DNA of 52,119 nt from a virus (Duplodnaviria; Caudoviricetes), in IMG/VR virus record IMGVR_UViG_3300029183_000005, positions 1-52,119 of that record; one strand, 5' to 3'. Under the pieces are notes generated by a model, which was not told the DNA's origin, searched no databases, and was given only the letters and a program-made list of their open reading frames with translations. How positions within the stretch are numbered: position 1 is the first letter of the stretch; every line of letters begins with the position of its first letter. This document shows, piece after piece, positions 44,469-52,119 of this stretch. The position numbers and the translations under genes were made by a program.

Positions 44469-44909
44469 TCACTTCGACTCCAGCTTGGTCTCGTCCAGTC
44501 GGTGCTCGCCACACCAATCGGTCCCGTAAACAGCCGGAAACCCTTTCATGGTGGGAGCATTTCGCCGGCAACGTCCGAAGTCGATTGGTGCATCATCCTT
44601 CGGGACGTAGAAGACGCACGACTTGCAGCGCATACCCGCACTTCGATGTTTCCAATTGTCATCGGGCATTACACGTCCCTCCGGAAGCTTGATACGTTGA
44701 GGCTGGAAGGCTGCACGGTTCATCGCCATGAAGGCCTGTTCGAAGTGCGTGCGTGCAATGGAGAGCCAACGACCGTCGTACTTTTCGATAGGCCCTAGAT
44801 CACCGCGCATCTCATCGAGACGACGAAGGATACGTTCCTCAATCTCTTTGTTGTGGTTGACGACCGCTTTCATGTCGTCCGATTGTTCCGTGTAGCCTTT
44901 GATGTCCAT
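44469..44909 (-). CDS. Acb2-like anti-CBASS sponge fused to a 4-Cys domain
   Basis: IKGY...N..KE...GRWLSIARTHFEQAFMAMNRAAFQP parallels Acb2 IKGY...GRWLAIGKT..Q...MA..RA.AQP; C-terminal CKSC...GRCRR.AP...DWCGEH. Confidence 0.78.
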   Translation of the reverse strand: MDIKGYTEQSDDMKAVVNHNKEIEERILRRLDEMRGDLGPIEKYDGRWLSIARTHFEQAFMAMNRAAFQPQRIKLPEGRVMPDDNWKHRSAGMRCKSCVFYVPKDDAPIDFGRCRRNAPTMKGFPAVYGTDWCGEHRLDETKLESK

Positions 44910-46598
44910 CTACTGGTCCCCTAAGAGTTGTAGTGCTTGTGCCGTGTCCTTGCCGGCCGCCGCGCTTTCACGAGCTGCCTGGGCTTGGAGTAGAAGCTGT
45001 TGCTGTTCTTCCTCTTGCGCGACGAGCTGTTGGAACGTGTCGTCGTCGTTCAAGAATCCTGTCGGAACGCCCATCCTGTCGGCCAAGCCATCCGCCGTAC
45101 TTGACGGGTTGATCTTGTGTCGGACGCGCGGGTCAATCTCGGCGAGAGGTCTAATCACTTGCAGGAAGTTCAGAGTGCCTTCGACCTCTTTGGCCTGCCG
45201 GGCCCTGTTGAGGGGGCCTTGGAACTGCGGTCCTGGTTCTGCGCCTTGGAGGCTCTCAGGAACTCGGAACGGGCCGTCCTCGTCGTAGAGGCCCTTACGC
45301 GTCAGAATACCTTGCTCCCGATCGACGAGATGCGACAGAGAGTTCTGGTATCCAGCGCCGGCCGGGCCGAGCAGTTCGCCTTTCTCGTTCGCACGTATAA
45401 GCGCCTCAGTGGCACTCATTTGGGGGTTCTGAACGAGGATTTGGAAGAGGTTGATGTAGAGGCTCTCGTTGACTTGGTTCTTCTTGGCTTCTTTCACCAG
45501 AGCACCGAAGTCTAGGCGTTGACCTGTCATCAGGGGCTTGACCAGCTCTGCGCCGGTAGGGGACAAACCACCATGGATGATCTTGCGAGGATTGGCATTC
45601 GGCCGGTTCATAATACCAGCGTTGGCCACCAGGAGTGCGGGTTGGACCGACTGCTCGAAAGCGACCAATTCGTGCTTGGCCATCAAGTTCAGACCGAGAA
45701 TGTCGGAAAGGACTCTTTGGACCGGACCTTCAGCCCAGACTTTCCCTTGCTCCGGCAGCCACCTGAAATCGGTCACTGGGAACTCGAAGAAGCCGGACTC
45801 CTTGTTGATGAAGCCGTTTTCGTACTCGATATGGATCGACTGGAACTTGGAGCCACGCACACCGACCGTCACATCCGTCATGCCAAAATCAGCGCGGGGA
45901 CGTACAGCGTGGACAAAGGCAAACTTCCGGTTCGCTTCGTTCGGGTTGTTCGAGGCTTTCAGGATACCTTCAGACACGCGGCCCTTAAACTCTTCAACAG
46001 CCTGCTTCGCCGTCAGAGAGTAGAACCGGTAGAAGACATTGACGTTGCCGAACGCGTCTTCGTCGATGTAGCACTCCGGGAGCGGCATGTGCTTGTACAT
46101 AATCGGCGGCTGATCACGCTTGCCTTCTTCGGTCCACACGAAAGCATTGCCGAAGGCCACGGACCGCCGGAAGGCCAACTGAGAAGCTTTGACCCAGCCA
46201 GATCGTGCGTTATACCGAACCTTGAATTGGAAGTTCCGGACCCTTTCAAAAAAGCGCCTCTCTTCCAGGTCCAGCTCAACATCTTCCGCATCCAGGTCTA
46301 GCAGACCCATGTCGTGCCAGTATTCTGACTGTGGGATGATGAGACTGATGAGACCAGAGGCGAAACGATCCACGGCGTTCACCGCTGTCGAGTCATATCG
46401 TTTCTGCGAACTACGAGCCACTTCCGCGCTGCGTGTCGTTCCCCGGTCCATGACAGTAAGTGCAGATGCACCTAAACTGAAGTCGCCGGCATCAGGAGCT
46501 GCATAGTCCTTGATCTTCCGCCAAGCGCGTTCATGGTCTAATCGGAGAGCAACAAGCTGGGAAAGGCTGTCGCGAATATCTTGTGCGATGCCTGCCAT
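44910..46598 (-). CDS. Portal (head-tail connector) protein
   Basis: YDSTAV.A...FASGL.S...P....W, FGNA, MSATE...R..EK...LGP; T7 gp8/Bbp21-type, 562 aa. Confidence 0.93.
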   Translation of the reverse strand: MAGIAQDIRDSLSQLVALRLDHERAWRKIKDYAAPDAGDFSLGASALTVMDRGTTRSAEVARSSQKRYDSTAVNAVDRFASGLISLIIPQSEYWHDMGLLDLDAEDVELDLEERRFFERVRNFQFKVRYNARSGWVKASQLAFRRSVAFGNAFVWTEEGKRDQPPIMYKHMPLPECYIDEDAFGNVNVFYRFYSLTAKQAVEEFKGRVSEGILKASNNPNEANRKFAFVHAVRPRADFGMTDVTVGVRGSKFQSIHIEYENGFINKESGFFEFPVTDFRWLPEQGKVWAEGPVQRVLSDILGLNLMAKHELVAFEQSVQPALLVANAGIMNRPNANPRKIIHGGLSPTGAELVKPLMTGQRLDFGALVKEAKKNQVNESLYINLFQILVQNPQMSATEALIRANEKGELLGPAGAGYQNSLSHLVDREQGILTRKGLYDEDGPFRVPESLQGAEPGPQFQGPLNRARQAKEVEGTLNFLQVIRPLAEIDPRVRHKINPSSTADGLADRMGVPTGFLNDDDTFQQLVAQEEEQQQLLLQAQAARESAAAGKDTAQALQLLGDQ

Positions 46599-46604
46599 TA
46601 ACCG

Positions 46605-46799
46605 TTATCTCTGTGTGAGGTTTGAAGTCCCTACCGCAGCCCGTGTCGTGGGCCTGTTAAGAATGGCAGTAGGCAAACTAATTTTCCGGGCCGTGGAGCC
46701 GTTCTGAGGCATTCGGGTAGGTCTGGACATTGTGGACCCCGTCTGCCTGCGTGTGGACCGATTCAACGACCCTGCGGCCCCTCTGGGCTGTGGGCACAT
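46605..46799 (-). CDS. Small virion-assembly-type protein
   Basis: MC start, basic, TAIL motif similar to its neighbour. Confidence 0.55.
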   Translation of the reverse strand: MCPQPRGAAGSLNRSTRRQTGSTMSRPTRMPQNGSTARKISLPTAILNRPTTRAAVGTSNLTQR

Positions 46800-46802
46800 G
46801 TT

Positions 46803-47009
46803 TTAACTTCCAAGCGTTCCGGTCGAGAGGGTCTGACCAGTTGTTCCGATACCGGTGGTCAGTATTGTCGATGCAAGTCCACGGGTCGTAATACCGGCTC
46901 GGCGGCGGGCTGCTTCGGCGTCTGCTTGGTTCTCGGCGGACGTTCTCTCAGCTGCTGGTTCCTGTGTGGGGGTCACCACCTGGGGCGTGGGTTGTCGGAA
47001 TAGACACAT
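46803..47009 (-). CDS. Small virion-assembly protein (gp7.3-like position)
   Basis: MC start, RRRAG...STILT..G...TLG typical of the gene before portal in podophages. Confidence 0.7.
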   Translation of the reverse strand: MCLFRQPTPQVVTPTQEPAAERTSAENQADAEAARRRAGITTRGLASTILTTGIGTTGQTLSTGTLGS

Positions 47010-47454
47010 TGTCGGGTCTCGTGAGGGCTAGTTGGACGTGGGGCTCTCCTATGGGGGAATAACCGGGAAGATTGCATTCGTGTCGGAAGCCGATGGACGC
47101 AAGCCATTCAATCGAACGTCGCGAAACGATGGGCAGTCTGACTTCGAGCCGTTGCAATCCCAAATGCCACTGCCAAGGGAGCCACGTCTGTTTGATGTAA
47201 CGGGTAACGGCGGGGATGATCTTGCGCGTCTGGTCCGTACCAAAACCGAAGATCAAACCATGGTGCTTGTGGACATAGTGGACGCCACCGACGAAAACGG
47301 GCTGACCCCTGTACATGACGACGTAGGTGTCGCTCGCCATCTTGGCCATCTGCCGCGCTTCGTCGACTGTGTTGCCAGCCGCCTCGATCTCGAAGATGTC
47401 GGACGCTCTGAGCCGTTGAAACACATAGTCGATATAGCCCGGCTGGTACGTCAT
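46948..47454 (-). CDS. T7 gp13-like GNAT-fold protein
   Basis: LRASD..EI.A...PVFVGG...FGTD...SIEWL.SIGF..E; start set at MTYQPG. Confidence 0.75.
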   Translation of the reverse strand: MTYQPGYIDYVFQRLRASDIFEIEAAGNTVDEARQMAKMASDTYVVMYRGQPVFVGGVHYVHKHHGLIFGFGTDQTRKIIPAVTRYIKQTWLPWQWHLGLQRLEVRLPIVSRRSIEWLASIGFRHECNLPGYSPIGEPHVQLALTRPDNVSIPTTHAPGGDPHTGTSS

Positions 47455-47494
47455 GGGTTCACGGATTGCGATCGTGTTCCCGAGACGCGTCGGC

Positions 47495-48928
47495 CTACAT
47501 GCTTGCGAAAGGGTCGTAACCGTCGTCATCGAGCGGAGGTCCACCGTTGTGTCCCATGTTCCATTGATCGCCCAGGCCCATTTGTTGAGCAGCGATGTTG
47601 GATTTGGGGATCTTGATTTTCTTGGAGTCCGATGACCAATCTGACACTTTGCCGTAGAGGCTGCCGGCTTGGGCACCAGTGCGGAACGCGTCGACAGGGT
47701 CGGAAGACCAGTCCTTGACAGGATTGTTACCAAACACCTTGAGTTCTTCGTCCCACTCGTACTGGTAATGCTTGAGACACTTGATCAGGTACTCGCAATT
47801 CGTCTGGTCGAACTTGGAACGTAGGATCAGGTTTTGGGCCATCGGCAACGTCGTATCGAGGTTCAGTCTGGGTGCTGCCACGAAATGGAAGCCGTGATTG
47901 GCCGCAATCTCCATAGGCGTTTCGCCCGAGCCAATCCATTCCCGGTCGATGTCGTGCGGGCCTACGTGCCGGCCAAAGGCGTAGCCCTTCTCTCTGCACA
48001 GTCCGAGAAAGTACGGAAGACTTTTGCCTTTGCCGGGCTCGCAGTGAAAATCGATGACGTGGTTGAACCCATTGATTTCTTGGGAGAATACGATGGCAGT
48101 TTGTGCCACCACTCCCAGATCCCAGGATGTGTCAACCGGGTAATTCGGATTGTAGGGGACGTCGGTGATGAAGCCCTTCTTCTGAATTACTTCGAGCTGA
48201 CCGCCAAAAACAGAGCCCACATTGGCCGCGGTGAAGTCACAGTAATACTCCTGTCGGACGCGTTCTTCGGGCATGCCGGTTTCGCGTTCTTCCTGGATAA
48301 TACTGAGCGGAATAGCCTTCGTGTCTTCGACGGTGAGGAGTTCGTAGTGCCAAGACGGGTGCGCCTTAGCCATCTCGCACAACTCGTACCAATGGTTTTC
48401 GCCACGTGGAGTAGAGATGAAAACTGCGAAACCGCCAGACTCAGCAAGAATAGGTCTAACGTAGTCCCAGGCGGCAGGGTCAGTAATGGCGAATTCGGAG
48501 AATACAACTCCTGCCACGTTAGAACCCACGAGGCCATCATAAGCGTCACCGCCAACCAAGCGCCAAACCGAACCATTCTTCAGCTCTATCATCATCTCGT
48601 CGTTCAGCTTGCGCGCCACAATTTCCTTCGGGAACGCTTGATCGACGATCTTGATGCCTTCTGATGTAATGCCGTCCCAGATCGCTTTCCGGGCCTGCCT
48701 CTGTGTGGGGAACACGTGCCAGTACGTCCCGACCCGTCTGAGCGCTTCCTTGGCCTCGTAGTTGATCATGGCCAAGTCTTTTCCTGCGCGACGATGCCAG
48801 ACACAGCATATTCGTTTGTACCCACCGTCCAGCTTATGGATACCGCGGTCGAGACGAACGAATAGGTTGTGCTGATACCAACGGGGGACGAATTTCGACA
48901 GGGTGTTCCATTGCACCCTTCTAGCCAT
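47495..48928 (-). CDS. terL: Terminase large subunit
   Basis: WHRRAGKD, VVFSEFA, FISTPRGENH, RQEYYCDF, SWDLG, PHD, DWSSDPVDAFR. Confidence 0.96.
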   Translation of the reverse strand: MARRVQWNTLSKFVPRWYQHNLFVRLDRGIHKLDGGYKRICCVWHRRAGKDLAMINYEAKEALRRVGTYWHVFPTQRQARKAIWDGITSEGIKIVDQAFPKEIVARKLNDEMMIELKNGSVWRLVGGDAYDGLVGSNVAGVVFSEFAITDPAAWDYVRPILAESGGFAVFISTPRGENHWYELCEMAKAHPSWHYELLTVEDTKAIPLSIIQEERETGMPEERVRQEYYCDFTAANVGSVFGGQLEVIQKKGFITDVPYNPNYPVDTSWDLGVVAQTAIVFSQEINGFNHVIDFHCEPGKGKSLPYFLGLCREKGYAFGRHVGPHDIDREWIGSGETPMEIAANHGFHFVAAPRLNLDTTLPMAQNLILRSKFDQTNCEYLIKCLKHYQYEWDEELKVFGNNPVKDWSSDPVDAFRTGAQAGSLYGKVSDWSSDSKKIKIPKSNIAAQQMGLGDQWNMGHNGGPPLDDDGYDPFASM

Positions 48929-49526
48929 CCGGGGTTACCTCCGTGGCTTCCACTTCGGTCGCCTCGGCGTCTACAACCGGTCCCTGGATGAGTTCCTGGT
49001 GTGCGTAGTCCGGGAGAACCACTTGGAATGCATTCCCGTCCGCGTCGGCCAGTTTCAGGAGGTTGCCGAATTGCTTAGGCGCGCGCTTCTCGATGGCGAT
49101 CTTCTTCGCTTCCATTGCGGCCCTTATCCTCTGGGACTTATCCTTCTCAGTGGGAAGGGGCTCGCCGGCTTTCGGGTGCGGGACGGGCTGACCTTCGTCG
49201 TCAACCATTGGGGTGCCGTCCGGGTTCGTGTAGTACTCCGGATAGACATTGACGGTCATGGCTTCCCGGCCAAGTTCCTCAATCTCGTCCAAAGACCAGT
49301 GCGTACTGAGTTCCTTGGCCATGATGTAGCGCTGGTGTAACTCCGGATCGGCCATGAACCACTTCTTGATTGCCGGTTCCGTGCACGCCAGCTTCTGCGC
49401 CACAGTCTTCCAGGTTCCACCGCACGCAAACTCGATAAGAAGTAGTTCCGCGTTTTCTGGGGTGCGTAGAGGGTTGTCCCCCACGTCACCAACCGGTCGC
49501 GGGAGCCGAACGTTATCGTCGGTCAT
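48921..49526 (-). CDS. terS: Terminase small subunit
   Basis: HTH (IKKWF..DPE....Y..AKE), EK.APK.FG; overlaps the terL start. Confidence 0.85.
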   Translation of the reverse strand: MTDDNVRLPRPVGDVGDNPLRTPENAELLLIEFACGGTWKTVAQKLACTEPAIKKWFMADPELHQRYIMAKELSTHWSLDEIEELGREAMTVNVYPEYYTNPDGTPMVDDEGQPVPHPKAGEPLPTEKDKSQRIRAAMEAKKIAIEKRAPKQFGNLLKLADADGNAFQVVLPDYAHQELIQGPVVDAEATEVEATEVTPDG

Positions 49527-49765
49527 GCTGATTTCCGTTGTATGTGGAACTTAAAGTCCAGGAAAGTGTCCAGGATTTTTGAGGGTGACGCCGGGTACGA
49601 CTAGATAATCCTCGGGGCCCACCCAAGCGTTTGACCCCCGGGGGTGGTTGCACGTGCACATCGACCGGGGTGGGGGTCCGCTGCATACATAATGCGCGGT
49701 TCGGTCCCCGTGTTCATTGGGTCGACTGACTAGGGAAGGGGTTCATTGATACCAATTAATTCAAT

Positions 49766-49780
49766 GTTCTCAACGTGTTC
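49766..49780. promoter_or_regulatory. Alphaproteobacterial LexA (SOS) box
   Basis: GTTC-TCAACGT-GTTC, exact GTTC-N7-GTTC in the divergent control region. Confidence 0.6.
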
Positions 49781-49968
49781 GCGCATTGTGCCGTTGCATA
49801 GACTACAGGCCTCGCGCGATGGGATGCTTTACCGATTGGTTAACTATACCAGTCATTTAGCACGCAACACATAACGGTAACCCGTACGCATCAAGTAAGC
49901 GCGCTGCACGCTGAAAGGGCAAAAGCGGAGCGCAGCCAAACTTTTTGTGGACTTTGTGGATTTTGTTG

Positions 49969-49997
49969 TTGATTTAGTAACAAATCACGCCTATCTT
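49969..49997 (+). promoter_or_regulatory. Early sigma70-like promoter with embedded palindrome
   Basis: TTGATT-N17-TATCTT; TGATTT-N6-AAATCA inverted repeat inside it. Confidence 0.6.
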
Positions 49998-50003
49998 CCG
50001 CAA

Positions 50004-50125
50004 TTAGCAGCGGGGGAAACCCCACTACATCCGGGGCAAACCCAGGCTAGAGGTCATAGACCAAGCGGAGACGCTAGCCGAAACAAGCCAAACTGTGTGC
50101 GGTAGGTCCATTTAGTCCAGTGGCT
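50004..50125 (+). ncRNA. Structured early leader RNA candidate
   Basis: GGGG-AAA-CCCC, GGG-CAAA-CCC, GGCTAG/CTAGCC enclosing GGTC-ATA-GACC and CG-GAGA-CG. Confidence 0.45.
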
Positions 50126-50176
50126 CTATCGGACACAGTCCACAGCACCTCAAAGATCAGCGGAAAGGGAAATCCA

Positions 50177-50350
50177 ATGACTTCGAAACCAAGCACCAAA
50201 CGCCCACGCTACTGGCACATCTACAACTGCCGACACTGTAGCAATAGCGCATTGGCCACCACGTCCGAAGATCAGTACGGCGGCAAATGCTACTGCGGCC
50301 ATTCGTTCGGCTGCGGCGAGATTATGCACACCGAGAAAGAAAGCAAATGA
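50177..50350 (+). CDS. Small Zn-ribbon protein
   Basis: CRHC...CYC; leader motif CAGCGGAAAGGGAAATCC. Confidence 0.7.
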   Translation: MTSKPSTKRPRYWHIYNCRHCSNSALATTSEDQYGGKCYCGHSFGCGEIMHTEKESK

Positions 50351-50454
50351 TCGACCCACAGACAGCAACCACAATCGCCGACATCACCGTAGCCGCAAGT
50401 CTCGCATTGGCCATGGCTATCTTGATTGTCGGCTTTCTGGTGAGTAGAGACTGA
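50347..50454 (+). CDS. Single-TM microprotein (35 aa)
   Basis: ATGA coupling; MIDPQTATTIADITVAASLALAMAILIVGFLVSRD. Confidence 0.6.
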   Translation: MIDPQTATTIADITVAASLALAMAILIVGFLVSRD

Positions 50455-50481
50455 ACACAACACAGCGGAAAGGGAAATCCG

Positions 50482-50919
50482 ATGCGACTATCAGAAGTGA
50501 AATCACTGAAAGAACTACTCAACGACGACATGGACAATGTCCGTTCGTTCCTCGATCAGATCCGAATGGAATGCCAGGATGACTTCGAAGTCGACAACTA
50601 TCGTGTGATCGCAGCCCACGTCATCGACGAGAAGTTGTTGGAATACTGGCAAGATGATCTGTATGTCCTCGGCGGATCATACCCGCACTTCTTAGCTGCC
50701 GTGACCGGGATAGACCAAGAGGTCTTTGAAGCCATGCAAAAGGCCGAGGCATACGAGGCGATCGGCAAACTATTGGTCAAAGGCGACCACATGCAAAACT
50801 ACCTCGCCACGTTCTGGCAATACGGCGGAACATACGGCGAAGTGTTCAATAGCTGGGACGGAAGCGAGAAAACGGCCGAACTGAACGGCGAGACCTACTA
50901 TCTATTCCGCATCAACTAG
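50482..50919 (+). CDS. Acidic early protein, conserved phage family
   Basis: G..FNSWDGSE.....YYLFRIN C-terminus; same leader motif. Confidence 0.8.
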   Translation: MRLSEVKSLKELLNDDMDNVRSFLDQIRMECQDDFEVDNYRVIAAHVIDEKLLEYWQDDLYVLGGSYPHFLAAVTGIDQEVFEAMQKAEAYEAIGKLLVKGDHMQNYLATFWQYGGTYGEVFNSWDGSEKTAELNGETYYLFRIN

Positions 50920-50920
50920 C

Positions 50921-51003
50921 CTAGTCCCACTTATTGCGCCTTGGTGGTCCACAAAGTCCACTCTCCCAGACCAGGACCATCGAGGCGTAATGGGGGCGAC
51001 TAG
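50921..51003 (+). other. Long intergenic hairpin (RNase III-type site candidate)
   Basis: TATTGCGCCTTGGTGGTCC pairs with GGACCATCGAGGCGTAATG, closed by CTAGTC/GACTAG. Confidence 0.6.
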
Positions 51004-51038
51004 CCCATCATGTAACCAGTATCAGAGGGAATATCGTT

Positions 51039-51281
51039 ATGCGTATCACTTCAAAACACATCGAGACTGCCGCCTACTGTGCCGCGTTGATCATTGCAGC
51101 GTGGTTCCTGAGCGGGTGTGCTGTTCAACTTCGAACCGGTCTCGACTACAAGGGAATGGTTCAACCGCCGTCCGCTACACTCAAGAACACGTACCATCGT
51201 AAATCAGCGTTCGAGCGGGCCGCGGATATGGAAACGCTACGGCGGGCAGGCTTCACGAAATCAGAGCCATACAATCAGTAA
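51039..51281 (+). CDS. Putative lipoprotein
   Basis: Signal peptide ending FLSGC; GAGGG RBS. Confidence 0.7.
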   Translation: MRITSKHIETAAYCAALIIAAWFLSGCAVQLRTGLDYKGMVQPPSATLKNTYHRKSAFERAADMETLRRAGFTKSEPYNQ

Positions 51282-51345
51282 TGGCGAAATGAGGGCTACG
51301 CAAAAATAAAAGGCCCCTATAATAACCCCTACATCTCGTTTCCAT

Positions 51346-51921
51346 TTAGACCCGGATGTGCCTTGCCAGATCTTCTTTGTGTAGGGCCATCCGGGTTTCT
51401 GAGGGACTTCGCAGCAGTGTGAGATGACCCGAACCCGGGCGCTTGATATACCGCACCGCTCCGACGATCCTCAGAACATGGACAGCATCCTTGAACGTGT
51501 CGCCAGACCGACCTGAGACCTTGAGCCTGTTTTTCAGGATATGGACAGGCGAAGACCAATTGCGAGCAGCCAAATCATCCGCGATGGCATTCGCCATGGG
51601 TTCAACCCGGCTTCGCCATTTCCAATCGGCAACCTTCTTTAGCTCCACGGCCTGTCTCTGTTCCTCGGTCTGTCCGAGCCATGGTCGATCGCGCATTGCC
51701 TGCTTGGTGACATCTTTGATCCATTCCGAATACCACGAAGACCAAGTGTACCAGACTTCCGGCTTCGACCCCTTCAAGTGTTCCATCGTCTCCCGAATGT
51801 CGTCCCTGGCCATCGCGCGCAACGTAACAAGCGCCTTATCGCCAACCGGCAACATCTCCAACCGACGCAGCTCTCTGTCCCACGACTCCCGAATTGAAGC
51901 CATGAATTCTTTTGGTTCCAT
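51346..51921 (-). CDS. Hypothetical protein, possible C-terminal wHTH
   Basis: Likely start MEPKEF at 51921 (frame open to 52101); opposite strand to neighbouring early genes. Confidence 0.6.
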   Translation of the reverse strand: MEPKEFMASIRESWDRELRRLEMLPVGDKALVTLRAMARDDIRETMEHLKGSKPEVWYTWSSWYSEWIKDVTKQAMRDRPWLGQTEEQRQAVELKKVADWKWRSRVEPMANAIADDLAARNWSSPVHILKNRLKVSGRSGDTFKDAVHVLRIVGAVRYIKRPGSGHLTLLRSPSETRMALHKEDLARHIRV

Positions 51922-52102
51922 TTTTCTTTGATCCAACCTTAAACCATATGTTGGGGCATACGGGCGGCCATGATACCAGAATTTGCGGACTTCGCAAGTT
52001 TTGTGGATTTGTCGGCGACCAAGAGCGGATTTCGCGGACCACAAAACAGGCCATTTGCCAGGACCATTTAAGTTGCCGTATACAACCTGACTCTGAACCA
52101 TT

Positions 52103-52119
52103 GATCGTGACTGGGAAAC
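52103..52119 (-). other. Random-amplification primer tag, library artefact
   Basis: GATCGTGACTGGGAAAC is the reverse complement of positions 1-17. Confidence 0.95.

Noticed and set aside
50030-50085. c-di-GMP-I riboswitch or hammerhead ribozyme
   Set aside because: GGCAAAC, GACGC and GAAAC fragments occur, but the spacing does not fit and the CUGANGA core is absent

Overview
The window is a near-complete ~52 kb genome of a temperate, short-tailed (podovirus-type) dsDNA phage. The host is most likely an alphaproteobacterium, inferred from a GTTC-N7-GTTC SOS box, a tRNA-Ala(CGC) attP and a TIGR02594-type endolysin. Both ends carry the random-amplification primer GTTTCCCAGTCACGATC, so the ends are technical and the early region is split across them. 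The + strand arm (about 50,000-51,300 and 1-22,300) holds early/accessory genes, a ParB-like protein, family A DNA polymerase, Cas4-like nuclease, putative SSB, HD hydrolase, primase, SF3 helicase, RuvC, regulators, dNMP kinase and a tyrosine integrase. The - strand arm (49,526 to 22,999) holds TerS, TerL, a gp13-like protein, portal, scaffold, major capsid, decoration/tailspike genes, lysis cassette, tail tubular A/B, three ejection proteins and a tail fibre. No RNA polymerase is visible. The most notable observations are: (i) an Acb2-like cyclic-nucleotide sponge fused to a 4-Cys domain inside the head module; (ii) a 117-aa minimal kinase-like gene between ejection-protein genes; (iii) an attP made of the 5' half of tRNA-Ala with its own promoter; (iv) several strongly structured intergenic RNA candidates, including a five-hairpin array; (v) a recurring direct-repeat motif GTCCACAAAGTCCAC, a tandem-HTH repressor-like protein lacking the S24 domain, and a host LexA box. 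All family assignments are by eye from motifs; no searches were run.
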